Assembly: GCA_009665115.1 (NCBI GenBank)
Contig: WJXE01000001.1
Coordinates: 1-61,905 of the forward strand
Length of the DNA: 61,905 nt
Direction of reading: 5' to 3'
Source: Nitrosopumilales archaeon
GTDB taxonomy: Archaea; Thermoproteota; Nitrososphaeria; Nitrososphaerales; Nitrososphaeraceae
Notes under the pieces: generated by a model
What the model saw: only the letters and a program-made list of their open reading frames with translations
Database searches by the model: none
What the model was told of the DNA's origin: nothing
Part shown: positions 11,057 to 21,798 of the stretch, one piece after another
How the letters are laid out: the number at the start of each line of letters is the position of its first letter
Position numbering within the stretch: the first letter of the stretch is position 1
Program-made: the position numbers and the translations under genes

Positions 11057-11482
11057 TCTGCTTTACTGCCTCACACGCAGTCTGAGTAGCTTTCGTATTT
11101 TTATTCCACGGTCACTTTTTCAATCACATACTTCTTTTTCATTCCAAGCTTTTCAAGTATTATTAGTGAATTTATGATGGATCGGAGCACTTCGATTATC
11201 ATGTGGCCTGCAAATTTTCACTTTTCCTTTTTCTCTTACGTAGCCATTCCATCCTTCGACCACAAGTTTGGCAGGATCGAACATACTCATGAGAAATAAC
11301 TTCAAAATATAAACATAATACTAACGTTCAGCCAACCATCAAAAGGTTATGCAGGCAAAGCATAATCCTAGGGCTTATCAGGAATATTTTATTGTGCGGG
11401 CCAATAAGTTCTTAGTAGATAGGCAATTGTTCTCCAAGGAAGCAGTATGCGGACTCTGCCGCGGTATCATCATAATGATAAT

Positions 11483-13309
11483 TTAACTTTTCGATTCATC
11501 TATGTAAAATATTACTTCACTTCTTTTGAGAGATGAAACCGAGAGTAGATGAGTTAAGGAGTTTTTCAACATTTCAGTATCAGGCGGCTCTCCTTCTATA
11601 TTTCCTGGCAGTACGAGATAGAGTCGAATATCGGAACCCAAGACATCAGCAAGCTCTTGATTCACTGTGGCAGTATATGGCCGTAATGCACCTCTGAAAA
11701 CTTCTGAGCGAGCTCTGACTGTTCCCGAAATCTTTTTACCCACAGGGGCATCAGGGCCGATGATTACAACTACACCTTTAGAGCCTCTGAATTTCACCGG
11801 TTCATCCGCTGCTCCTTCAGGCGCCATCATATTAACCGCTTCCTTCACGATCAAACCGGGGATATTAATGAAATTGTCAACCAATGAATCCCATTGTGCT
11901 CTTGCCAGAGAGGAAAAAGGCAACTCATAATCGTAGTCTCCTGTGATATGTATCAACGCATCTAGACTGCCAAATTTCGATCTAACCGTTTCGAAAATCA
12001 TTCGTACGCTCTTTTCTTCTGAAAGATTGACTGAGTGACTGTGGAAACCTCTGAATCGTGTCAAATCTGCGGGATTCTTGGCAAGTATTACAACTTGTTT
12101 GACATTGCTAGAAGACAGCGCTGCCGCGATTTTATTTGCACGATCCAGATCCTTTTCCGATGAAGACGTTATTGTAATGACAACAACTTTGTCCTTAATT
12201 TTTGGATGAAGTAAATTCGTTCCCAAGATCGCAGTTCCAACTAGAGGTTTGACTGGATAAAATACGCGATCGTTGGGAACAACCCTACCGTTAATTAACT
12301 TGCTTATAACATCGTCACACAAATTCAATACCATATTCGCAACGTCGTCTTGAGTCAGAAATTCACCGTCGACTATCATCTTGGCAGTATTGAATTGTAT
12401 CTTTTCGGCGATTTCTTGTACCTTCGCAAGTAACCCAGAGAGTACTGCCTCCATTTTCGCAACACTTGAAAATGAGTCAGTACTACTACTCTTCTGGGAT
12501 TTCGAGATTTCGTTGGCGGCTTCTCTTATGCCCTCCGAAATAAGTGGTTCAGGTTGACCGAGTAGCTGTAGTAATATGGTTAAAACTCTTTCAATTTCTA
12601 TAGATGTGAGGCCTTGATAGCCACCAATTCTTAGGAACTCGGCTGCCGCCTTGGGGTAGACAGTTTTATAAATTCGATCTGAGTGGACAGGACCCGGATT
12701 TGTAGCAATCGACTTTATGCCTTTTTCTACGAGCTCCCAAGCCAGAGCCTCTGCCAACCTATTCTTCGATCCTTGTGCAGAAGTGTAGGGAGCTCTAAAT
12801 CGATACGGTCTTTGCTCATAGCGATTCTCTTCAGTGAAAAATGTGGCAATCGTAATTATCTTGCCACCTCGTTCCATTGACTTAATTCCCTGTAGCGAAG
12901 TCCAAAAAGCCCCCGTAAGATGAATCGCTACACACTCTTTGAATTCCGCATGAGTGGCACTAGTAAATACCTTCACCGGACCTGACACTCCCGCATTATT
13001 TATGATAATATCGACCGTTCCAAATTCTTCTTTAATAACTTTGAACATATTGTTAATCCCAACCTCGTCTGCCACGTCTACCCCATGGAAAGATCGTACT
13101 TTACCAGTCGAACCGGCAGCCTTTACAGTATCTGATAATATTGCAGAGGTAAGCTCCAATGGTTCTCTTCTTCGTCCCATAATCACGATGTGTGCGCCGT
13201 TTTCTGCAAATTTTTTAGCAATCGCCTGACCTATTCCTGTACCGCTTCCAGTGATTACAACTATTTTACCGTTAAATTTCAAAGAAGGTCTAAAGGATTG
13301 CGCTTTCAC
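11483..13309 (-). CDS. Tandem SDR-family oxidoreductase (malonyl-CoA-reductase-like)
   Basis: TGSGTGIG, NNAGVSG and PGPVHSDRI in the first domain, plus a degenerate second SDR domain. Confidence 0.85.
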   Translation of the reverse strand: MKAQSFRPSLKFNGKIVVITGSGTGIGQAIAKKFAENGAHIVIMGRRREPLELTSAILSDTVKAAGSTGKVRSFHGVDVADEVGINNMFKVIKEEFGTVDIIINNAGVSGPVKVFTSATHAEFKECVAIHLTGAFWTSLQGIKSMERGGKIITIATFFTEENRYEQRPYRFRAPYTSAQGSKNRLAEALAWELVEKGIKSIATNPGPVHSDRIYKTVYPKAAAEFLRIGGYQGLTSIEIERVLTILLQLLGQPEPLISEGIREAANEISKSQKSSSTDSFSSVAKMEAVLSGLLAKVQEIAEKIQFNTAKMIVDGEFLTQDDVANMVLNLCDDVISKLINGRVVPNDRVFYPVKPLVGTAILGTNLLHPKIKDKVVVITITSSSEKDLDRANKIAAALSSSNVKQVVILAKNPADLTRFRGFHSHSVNLSEEKSVRMIFETVRSKFGSLDALIHITGDYDYELPFSSLARAQWDSLVDNFINIPGLIVKEAVNMMAPEGAADEPVKFRGSKGVVVIIGPDAPVGKKISGTVRARSEVFRGALRPYTATVNQELADVLGSDIRLYLVLPGNIEGEPPDTEMLKNSLTHLLSVSSLKRSEVIFYIDESKS

Positions 13310-13479
13310 GGATTAAGCACTTTTCCATGACTATTAAAGTTAACCTCTGAGTGAGTATCTGGTCCTGATCTGGCTAATGAGCACTAAAATGATCGATTCG
13401 TTTCTCTCGTGTGCGATGAGGTCAAGGTTACGGTATTGTACCGACAACTTAATTAAAAGGGTAGCTACTCGTACTAACA

Positions 13480-14127
13480 TTGAGCGTTCCAGAGGCAAAA
13501 TTTAAGATTAATGCGAAGGAAGGTATCGTAGAATTAGAAGGTACTGTTACATTTGTTGACAAGCATTTAGAAAAGTTTGAAGAACTCTTCAATTCTGCAA
13601 TTAGAGAGGCCATGGGCATGGGAGTCGAACAAGGCCTTTCCAAACAGGAAGAAATTTATAAAAAATCTCTACCTCTCCATACAGAGACAAAGTTATCGGC
13701 AATGCAAACGAACAATACGAGGCATAGCCCCTCAAAACAGTCTCTAACTCTTCCGCCAATTCCTGTAGATCTAAAAGCAAATGAAGACAAGATTGGATTG
13801 AGGGAGTTTTATGCGCAAAAAAAACCGTCCAATCACTATGAAAAGGCCGCCGTGTTTGCCTATTATTTATCCCATTTTAACAAAAAAACAGAAATCAGGT
13901 ATGGTGAACTTTTATCCTGTTACGAAGAAGTCGATGAGAAAAAACCAAGCGTATTTGACATCGTCAAAAACTCTATCAGATATAAGGGCTGGCTCGAACC
14001 AGGCTATGATAAATTTGCCACTCGTCTCACAATCTCGGGAGAAAACTTTGTAAAGTTTGACCTGCCCCCACAAAAAGCCCGTTGGTCGAACAAAACTCAT
14101 GCAACTCAGTTGTCCTTGAATCGATAA
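13480..14127 (+). CDS. Conserved hypothetical protein
   Basis: 215-aa ORF; C-terminus (LTISGENFV) suggests a winged helix. Confidence 0.75.
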   Translation: MSVPEAKFKINAKEGIVELEGTVTFVDKHLEKFEELFNSAIREAMGMGVEQGLSKQEEIYKKSLPLHTETKLSAMQTNNTRHSPSKQSLTLPPIPVDLKANEDKIGLREFYAQKKPSNHYEKAAVFAYYLSHFNKKTEIRYGELLSCYEEVDEKKPSVFDIVKNSIRYKGWLEPGYDKFATRLTISGENFVKFDLPPQKARWSNKTHATQLSLNR

Positions 14128-14150
14128 ACCTTCACACTGCTCTATTTTTA

Positions 14151-14702
14151 CTAGGCTCGCCACCATTCAAACCCGACAAAATCAACCTTTCTGTCCTTAG
14201 TCCTCGGGATTGCTAGGATAAACTGCTTTTTCACAGTTGTGGCTAACCTTCCAAAAAGCACAATTCCTGTTGCCGTCATATGGTCGGTCGGCTTGAAGAC
14301 CTGCACTAAATATGGTGCATGGTCAATCCCCGGGCCCTGCTCGTAAACGGCAAAGTCACAGCCAAATTTAAGACTTGGTGATACGATATAGCCCCTGTCC
14401 CGTAGGTTCTGAAAAACCATGTACTTTATCTCAAAATTTGCATATTCCTTCTTGCATATAGCCCGGATATCTTTGGATGATAATCGTCTGCCACCATTAC
14501 TAGATATTTCGAGTTTACCTATTTGACTCAAGTAACATCCCTCCATCAAATCCAAAATTAGTGGGGAATCAAATTGGATTCCTTTTGGCTTTGGGACTCC
14601 TAACGGTTTACCGTAGTATCCGTTTCCAAATAAAGCACGCGAGTGTTCTATATTCCAGACAATTATTCTATTTTCTACCAATATCCCTTTAATAGGATGC
14701 AT
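14151..14702 (-). CDS. endA: tRNA-intron (splicing) endonuclease, catalytic subunit
   Basis: GYYGKP, LRDRGYIV..SLKFGCDFAVYEQGPGIDHAPYLV and GRLATTVKK contain the Tyr/His/Lys triad. Confidence 0.95.
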   Translation of the reverse strand: MHPIKGILVENRIIVWNIEHSRALFGNGYYGKPLGVPKPKGIQFDSPLILDLMEGCYLSQIGKLEISSNGGRRLSSKDIRAICKKEYANFEIKYMVFQNLRDRGYIVSPSLKFGCDFAVYEQGPGIDHAPYLVQVFKPTDHMTATGIVLFGRLATTVKKQFILAIPRTKDRKVDFVGFEWWRA

Positions 14703-15355
14703 TACATACTCAGTGCCAATATAGTAAGCGAATCAGAGGTCTCTTGGCATTTATCAGCCATACCTTCAATCCCTTCGATCGCATCTTTTAAGAGAAGTAA
14801 ATCCTTAGTAACGGAGATTTCGCTGAGCGCCTTTATGATGACGGCCCTGTACCTTGCATCAACTTTTCGTTCCAATTTTTCAACATCTTGTGCAAGCTCA
14901 ATCGTACTTCCTGGATTAATACTGAGTGCCCTAGCCATTTCGTTCAATTTAAAAATCGCGTCAACGACCATTCCAATTAGCTGCTCTAAATCCTCATCAA
15001 ACTTTCCTTTCTTTAAAGATGTTAATTTCATATTGGCAAGTCTAAACGATACTCCACTGATATAACCTGCGATATCGTCCATAAGATAGGCGGCTCTCAA
15101 TACGTCCTCTCTATAAACCATCAGGCTTCCAATTTCTGCAACTTCTCGGGTAATTTTGCGGCGGAGATTCTCTACTTCTTCTTCGGCAGTTCTCATCCTT
15201 TCCAATGATGCATGTATATCCTTAACGTCTCCCCTGACAAGTGAGGTAGTGAGAGAAGACAATTCCCTTGCCGAATTTAAAATCCTACTAAATTCATCTT
15301 GCAAAACAGCCAATGCTTTCCGCTTGGCCTGTACTTCCAATTCCCCACTATACAC
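14702..15355 (-). CDS. DUF47 / PhoU-like phosphate transport regulator
   Basis: Helical protein with E..E..RR.I and ERKVD...ADKC patterns; abuts endA. Confidence 0.85.
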   Translation of the reverse strand: MYSGELEVQAKRKALAVLQDEFSRILNSARELSSLTTSLVRGDVKDIHASLERMRTAEEEVENLRRKITREVAEIGSLMVYREDVLRAAYLMDDIAGYISGVSFRLANMKLTSLKKGKFDEDLEQLIGMVVDAIFKLNEMARALSINPGSTIELAQDVEKLERKVDARYRAVIIKALSEISVTKDLLLLKDAIEGIEGMADKCQETSDSLTILALSM

Positions 15356-15585
15356 TTATTTAGAAACACCTTATCAGGCTATTAATCCTTTTGACAAAGC
15401 AAAGATTTTCTGTTGTCTGCATGGATGGGTGAAAAGGAGGATCATTGGAAATCACTATCTGCATGATAGACATAAGCAAGCAAGAAGATAGTTGATTAGC
15501 TCAGTCCAAAATCATTATTCAGTTAGCTTCATTTAGTCTTACTAGAGCAGCACTGGTGCTAACGGTCATGTTTTCCTCTTTCTGA

Positions 15586-16545
15586 TCATAAATTCTCTCG
15601 TTGTTCAAAAATAGTATTTCGAATATCTATTAGGTCTCGAAGAACTGCACTTGCAGTTGGAATGCCCCCTGCGCCTTGACCAATTATAGTATGTTCACCC
15701 GATTGCTCAGACGAAAACGTCACCGCATTTAGGGTTCCGTTCACACAAATTGGATCCACATTTGATAATTCGGTCGGCTTGACATCGAGTTGTTTATTGT
15801 TACATATTGCAATTAATTTTATCGCATTTCCCCTTTTATGAGCTCGCCGAACATCTGACAGGCTGACTCCGGTGATACCACGTCTGTTTACATCTTTAAT
15901 AGCGTCAAGGAAAGGGACTGTCTCGGCATACCCCTTGTATTTGGCGTCGTTGAGGGCGTCTTCAAAGGTAAGTCCCTCCTCCATCTTGCTAAGGATATAG
16001 TTTGTGGTTCCATTGAGAATTCCTTGGAAAGATATTATGCTGTCTCCTTTAAGACATCGCTTTGCAAATTCTAATATTGGCGTACCACCCCCTACCGTCC
16101 CACTAAAACGAAGCTTAATGTTATTATAATTCGCAAGCTCCAAAAGTGAAGGAAATGCCAAGGCAAGAGGCCCTTTATTTACCGTGATGACATGTTTTCC
16201 TGATTTCATCGCTGCTATGATATTAGAAATACCCGGTTCACCGTTATCAAGATTAGTAGGGGTTAATTCCAGTAGCATTTCCGCATCCACCTTCTCAATG
16301 AGACGAAGAGGATCGAACTTGCGATTTTCTTTATCGTAGGCACCGACTGTACCTGACAGTTTCTTTGCGTTAAGTAACCGCTGAAGATCAAGTCCCGTTG
16401 CGGAAACCGCGTAGCCGCCACTATCGATGCAGGCCACAATACGTGGGTTAACTCCGTATAGCCTATACAGATCGGCGGAACGAGATAACAATAATCTTGC
16501 GAAACTCTGACCGACGACCCCGAAACCAATTACAACTAATCGCAT
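15586..16545 (-). CDS. hom: Homoserine dehydrogenase with an apparent in-frame internal deletion
   Basis: GFGVVG, VNKGP, GTVGGGTP, GILNGTTNYIL and GAGG..TA present; the DxxGxDxAxK segment after GYAE is absent. Confidence 0.9.
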   Translation of the reverse strand: MRLVVIGFGVVGQSFARLLLSRSADLYRLYGVNPRIVACIDSGGYAVSATGLDLQRLLNAKKLSGTVGAYDKENRKFDPLRLIEKVDAEMLLELTPTNLDNGEPGISNIIAAMKSGKHVITVNKGPLALAFPSLLELANYNNIKLRFSGTVGGGTPILEFAKRCLKGDSIISFQGILNGTTNYILSKMEEGLTFEDALNDAKYKGYAETVPFLDAIKDVNRRGITGVSLSDVRRAHKRGNAIKLIAICNNKQLDVKPTELSNVDPICVNGTLNAVTFSSEQSGEHTIIGQGAGGIPTASAVLRDLIDIRNTIFEQRENL

Positions 16546-17083
16546 CCAAAGTGGATGTTAAATTGGGTTTAATATGTTTAAATTCGACGATTATCTTTTA
16601 GCGGCAACGTTGCGCAGATACGAAAAATTCTTACTTGCAGGAAGTTTCCTTCGAGAAAGTTAGTTGATAAGAACTAAGAATTACAACGATTACCGACTAA
16701 ACATACGATTTTTGTTAGAATAAAACAATTCCTTTTTTAGTTCTGGAATATTTTGACCTGACAGGAGTGCACGTTCCTTGCTTAATTTGGTGAAGCAATT
16801 GAATCCTTCAAGAATAAATTACACTACTATTGGGGCTGTTGCGAGTACCATTAACACCCCTGGTTTCAGATAGTTGTTACTCATTTTAGAAGGTGCCTAT
16901 TTTGTGCTAACCATTTGAAAAAAATCTGCAATTAATAATTAACTACCAATAGGACGAATGCTAGTTAAACTTAGTCACAAATGACGAACTAAATAAAGAG
17001 GATAGCGCAGATTCGGATTCCAAACAAATCGAAAATGATTTATTCGTATTAAAACTACAGGAAGAGAGGATTCGTGTCCACGT

Positions 17084-17872
17084 TTGCTTGACCCCTTCGT
17101 TGTGTCTGCACTTTTAATCATTGTTGGTCTGGGGGCAGGTACCTTGGGATCAATGATCGGAGTAGGGGGCGGATTAATAATGACGCCAGCTCTAACCTTT
17201 ATGGGATTTGCTCCTGCTCAGATTTCTAGCACGAGCCTTTTTGCAGTAACGTTTACCAGCGCTTCTTCGACCATAAGCTATGCCAAGCAAAAAAAAATAC
17301 ATTATCACGTTGGGCTGAAAATGGCGGCAGTAGCAATTCCTGGCGCCATAGCTGGGGCATTTATTTCAAGCGTTATAGCAATAGAGCCATTCAAAATATA
17401 CTTTGGAATACTTCTGATGTTTGCAGGAATATATATTGCGTACAATAGTTCCTTCACAAAAGAAAGACAAAATGGACCAACGGGGAATAATAGGAAGTCG
17501 ATCCTCCTCCGTCCGTTGTTCTATTCTGGAGCATTGGGCGCAGGGATAATCTCTAGCCTCTTTGGAGTAGGAGGAGGGATAATCTTTGTTCCGCTTCTAG
17601 TTCTTGTCTTGGGGATGACGTTAACCACCGCGAGTCCAACTTCACAGATTGCACTTTTGATAACCTCCTTCGTCGGCACAGGTACCCACGCGGTTCTAGG
17701 ACATCCGGATTATTTTCATGCTGCATCTTTGTCCGCAGGCGCGTTTGTGGGAGGGCAGATCGGTGCAAAAATCTCAGATAGAGTAAAAGAGAGTCTACTA
17801 CGGAAGCTACTTTCTATATCACTTATAGCTGTGGCCGTAAAATTTATTTCTGATTTTATAGGTCAGATATAA
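17084..17872 (+). CDS. Sulfite exporter TauE/SafE (TSUP) family membrane protein
   Basis: Duplicated G.GGG...P motifs and multiple TM helices. Confidence 0.92.
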   Translation: MLDPFVVSALLIIVGLGAGTLGSMIGVGGGLIMTPALTFMGFAPAQISSTSLFAVTFTSASSTISYAKQKKIHYHVGLKMAAVAIPGAIAGAFISSVIAIEPFKIYFGILLMFAGIYIAYNSSFTKERQNGPTGNNRKSILLRPLFYSGALGAGIISSLFGVGGGIIFVPLLVLVLGMTLTTASPTSQIALLITSFVGTGTHAVLGHPDYFHAASLSAGAFVGGQIGAKISDRVKESLLRKLLSISLIAVAVKFISDFIGQI

Positions 17873-17925
17873 ATCACCTCAGCGCTCACTTGACAAAGTT
17901 GTCTGAGTGAAGCCGGGATCAGCGT

Positions 17926-18136
17926 CTACCACATGGAAACAACCGACCTATTGTTTTCATAACAATCAGTCGTCCTTACCCTATTAAGCTCTTTTTCCAA
18001 ATCCAATTTCCGCAATTCATGATAAGCGGCATGCGTATGCTTTGTAATAGAAACCACATTTATTCTCATCTCACAAATGTTACAACGGATCAGATCTCCC
18101 TGTTCGCTCGGTGCTTTCGTAGTAATACTGGACCAT
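17926..18136 (-). CDS. Small C2H2-like zinc-finger protein (start uncertain or frameshifted)
   Basis: Read manually: GDLIRCNICEMRINVVSITKHTHAAYHELRKLDLEKELNRV...SMW*; the nearest ATG (18136) is out of frame. Confidence 0.4.
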
Positions 18137-18661
18137 CTATGCGCTATAAGAATCTAATTTCTAAAAAATAAAGCCTAGTCAAAGTTTGCAGGAGAAGGGA
18201 TGACAATAGAAAATTAGACGAGGTTAGTAGACCGACGTCGGATATGTGGGTTCACGGTCAGCATATTAGACTAAATAAATATATGCAAATAAGTCAAAAA
18301 CCAGATTATGATGACAAATGCGAAATCAATTTGGGTATTTTTTGGTTTTGTTAAAAAAAGCCCCTTAAACACATTCAAATGCTTTTTCGATCTACTTGTG
18401 ATTTTCTTTTTATCTTCCATGTTCGAAGCATGTAACTGTCTAGTTGTGAACAACCTTGATTCAATGTAATTTGTTAGATTATGATTAACGCAGCTAAAGC
18501 AACACTTCATGGCTACCCGGAGTAAATGGGTGTCCTCTCACATATTCACCAAGATAATTATTTGGAATAGTATTATCCTGAGTTGTAATTGAGGACTAAC
18601 AAACGACAAAAAGATTCAAAAGCTACTAGTTATTAACTAGAAAACAGTCTTCGGTTAAAGG

Positions 18662-18964
18662 ATGTATAAAGATATGACGACAACAAAGAAAGAATTAAAA
18701 CGGAAAGAAAACGAGGAGCGTTTGTCAAATGCAATAGCCACATTAGATACCATATCCAAGAATATCAATATTCAGAGGAATATCCGGAATATGATAAAAG
18801 AGGTATACTTTGCATTAAAAGATGAAAAGAGTGGAACTGTGTCTGTCCGAGCTGCAAACGCCATTAGCACGTTAGACACTGTTACCCAAAATCCCCAAAT
18901 GCAATCACACATTAGGACTATGCTTTGGCAAGTAGTCTCGACCCTAGAGAGTATAAGAGAATAA
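18662..18964 (+). CDS. UPF0147 family protein
   Basis: RNIR, VRAANAIS.LD and NPQM.SH.RT.LWQVVS.LE. Confidence 0.92.
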   Translation: MYKDMTTTKKELKRKENEERLSNAIATLDTISKNINIQRNIRNMIKEVYFALKDEKSGTVSVRAANAISTLDTVTQNPQMQSHIRTMLWQVVSTLESIRE

Positions 18965-19182
18965 ACCAAATTATCGCGTTACGTCCGTATTTTTTACAGG
19001 CTTTAGTGGTGGGGGAAGTTTCTCGAGTTTATGAGTTGGGTTAGCAAGGTAATGTCTCGAAGCTCCTTCACCGCTCAGCACGATGTTGCAGCTAACGCAT
19101 CTATATCTTATTGCCAATTCGTTAATCTAACCTTATAACTCGTGATACATGGCTAAAAAGGTGTGTATACAAATACATTGGT

Positions 19183-21402
19183 TTATCTTAATTTGATAAT
19201 TTCTCTATTGTCCGGAACACTTGACCGGATTTTTAGTCTATGATATACAGCACTGGCAATGTTTTCAGACTTAGACTTTTCACCATGATTAACAAGTACT
19301 CGCTTTGGTTTTATTCTCGACACAAAGTTTAGAATCTGATTAAAATCGCTATGGCCGCTGAAGCCATCAATCTTGTGAGTTTGGCATCTTACTGGCACCA
19401 CTTTAACCTTGCCACTCTTGTCTAACATACTTACCTCTGTCATAGTGCCGTCAATGACTCTTCTTCCAAGCGTCCCATTAATTTGGTAAGACACGAACAC
19501 AATCTTATTTTTTGGGGATGGAGCTATTTCTTTGAAGTATTCTACTGAAGGACCACCTTCAAGCATTCCTGAGGTCGCCATTATAATTGAAGGGCTCTCG
19601 TCATTTAAAAGTTCGTCTCTTCTACTTAGCCCATTTACCTGAGTGAAATATTCGGATTCGAACGGATTAATACCTTGAGAAACCGATCTGCGCACATCAT
19701 ATCCAAGGTAATGAGCATATGACATATGTATAGCACTCGCTTCAGAAATCATGCCTTCAATATATATGGGAGATTCAATCAGCCGACCTTCGCGCATTTC
19801 CTTATCTATCACTAACATAATTTCCTGTGCCCTCCCGACTGCTGGAACGGGAATTAGGACTTTACCACCTTCCGTCAATGTTTTATTAATGCTCTGTGTA
19901 AAGGTTGCGTAAACAACTGACTGATCAGGCATTATATCAGTGCTGCTGCCATAGGTACTCTCTGTAATCAAGGTTTCAACTCTTGGATATATAGACAATG
20001 CGCTGTCGAGCAGCTGAGTTTTTGCGTATTTGTAGTCGCCGGAGTAAAGGATGTTATGCGCACCTGAGATATTAAGGTGTACAGTTGCGCTGCCCATTAT
20101 ATGGCCTGCATTGTTCAATGTAATTGTAATATCCGGAGATATATCAGTCGGTTTTCCATATGGCAGCGTTATACAGTGTTTGATCGCCTCATTAACGTCC
20201 CTACCCTCGTACGTCAAGTATGTCCCATTACTCTTCGAAATTTTTATAGAATCCATTTGAAGAAGAGTCATCAAAGGTAACGTTGGCTCAGTACAGTAAA
20301 TAGGACCACTGTATCCGTATTTGTATAAACTAGGCAAAAACCCCTGATGATCTATATGCGCGTGGCTAATAACTACTGCATCAAGATCACTTAAGCTAAA
20401 ATTAAACCAATCAAGTCTTGGGTAAGCATCTAAGCCACGGCTTTCACCTGGATTAATGCCGCAGTCCAACATTACCTTGCTTTCTGGAGTTACGACGATA
20501 AAACAGGACCTTCCAACCTGCTTAACACCTCCCAGGCAAAATAGCATGACTTCTTTGTTCATCGACCATGACTGAGTCTGCCCACCACGACTATATGATT
20601 CAGCAGCGGCGTTCAGCTGATTATTTCCACTACCGTTGTTTCCCTCTGCAAGTGGGGTCCTGAAAATCCTATTTCCTAACTCCTGTAGGAATATCGTCCG
20701 TTCCTTAGCCGAGCTCTTTAGGGTAGAATGAATAGTATTGAGGATGGCAGATGGTATATGTGGGGAAAGTCTAGTGTGAGCTACCCAGCCTGTGGATATA
20801 GCTATTTCCACTACTAATTCCGGGCTTACAACTTCTGGCTTGTTAACTTCTAGAACGACTTCACCTGTTGCATCATCGCAGAAGACAGCAGAAACTAAGA
20901 CGTCTTTGGGCAGTAATTTGACAACGGCTTTCCGGGTTTCGTCTTCTCCTATTCTGATAGAAGGGTCAGTACGAATAACAAATCTCTTTTTCAGACTTTT
21001 AGACAGAGACGATAAGTAGTAGGTCAGTTCTGTAAGTGAGAATTTAGCATTTTTTGTATATAGTGCGATATTTGGACCTTCGAACTTAGCTGATGTAACT
21101 TGGGATTCTGTTGGAATTGATTGTAAAATAGTTTTTGCAACCTCGCCTTCACTGTCTGTAGTCAACTTTGCAGCGAATGGATTCTCATTTCCTTTGTCCT
21201 TCTTTGGAATAATAGTCTGTACTTGATGCTTGTGCTTCCTATTGTTACTGTTGTTGTTGTTGTCAGTGCCGTTAGTGTTAGTATTATTTTCATTGCTATT
21301 GTTAGCACCCTTATCTCTTGTTGGAGCATCATCGCTCTGCTTATCGACAAGCTTTTCTTGTTCCTCTACACGAGCTTTGTTTAGTTTTTGACTTTCTCCC
21401 AC
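19183..21402 (-). CDS. fttA: Beta-CASP ribonuclease aCPSF1 (transcription termination factor FttA)
   Basis: KH domains, HAHIDH, AGHIMGS, ESTYG, FSGHSD and NHGE; Asn-rich N-terminal extension. Confidence 0.95.
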   Translation of the reverse strand: MGESQKLNKARVEEQEKLVDKQSDDAPTRDKGANNSNENNTNTNGTDNNNNSNNRKHKHQVQTIIPKKDKGNENPFAAKLTTDSEGEVAKTILQSIPTESQVTSAKFEGPNIALYTKNAKFSLTELTYYLSSLSKSLKKRFVIRTDPSIRIGEDETRKAVVKLLPKDVLVSAVFCDDATGEVVLEVNKPEVVSPELVVEIAISTGWVAHTRLSPHIPSAILNTIHSTLKSSAKERTIFLQELGNRIFRTPLAEGNNGSGNNQLNAAAESYSRGGQTQSWSMNKEVMLFCLGGVKQVGRSCFIVVTPESKVMLDCGINPGESRGLDAYPRLDWFNFSLSDLDAVVISHAHIDHQGFLPSLYKYGYSGPIYCTEPTLPLMTLLQMDSIKISKSNGTYLTYEGRDVNEAIKHCITLPYGKPTDISPDITITLNNAGHIMGSATVHLNISGAHNILYSGDYKYAKTQLLDSALSIYPRVETLITESTYGSSTDIMPDQSVVYATFTQSINKTLTEGGKVLIPVPAVGRAQEIMLVIDKEMREGRLIESPIYIEGMISEASAIHMSYAHYLGYDVRRSVSQGINPFESEYFTQVNGLSRRDELLNDESPSIIMATSGMLEGGPSVEYFKEIAPSPKNKIVFVSYQINGTLGRRVIDGTMTEVSMLDKSGKVKVVPVRCQTHKIDGFSGHSDFNQILNFVSRIKPKRVLVNHGEKSKSENIASAVYHRLKIRSSVPDNREIIKLR

Positions 21403-21798
21403 GTCTCTTATTTATCCAGCTTTTTCGGTATTTTTTGCCTCACATATAGCAACAAGATTGCATATCAAAGAGGCAGGAAATAGTGAACATTTAGACCGAT
21501 GATAAGCCAATTTGTATTAGAGGCCATCCATTAATATATTTTTAGGAGTTGAAATCCTTAGCTTCTATAAACTTATCAATGGTCGTCATTTAAATTTGAG
21601 TTAGCAATTTAAGGCAAACATCGACAGAACTGTACGAATTCCAAACATTCCATTAATTTTGCAAGGCAACAATTTCGTTCAGTGTTGGTATACAAGATAC
21701 TCGAGCAGATACTGTAACCAAAGCCAAAGTCAATGTGGCTTTGCTTATCAATTCCGGGAGAGGTGCGTTTGAGGCAAGCCAGAGCCCAATAATATGCT

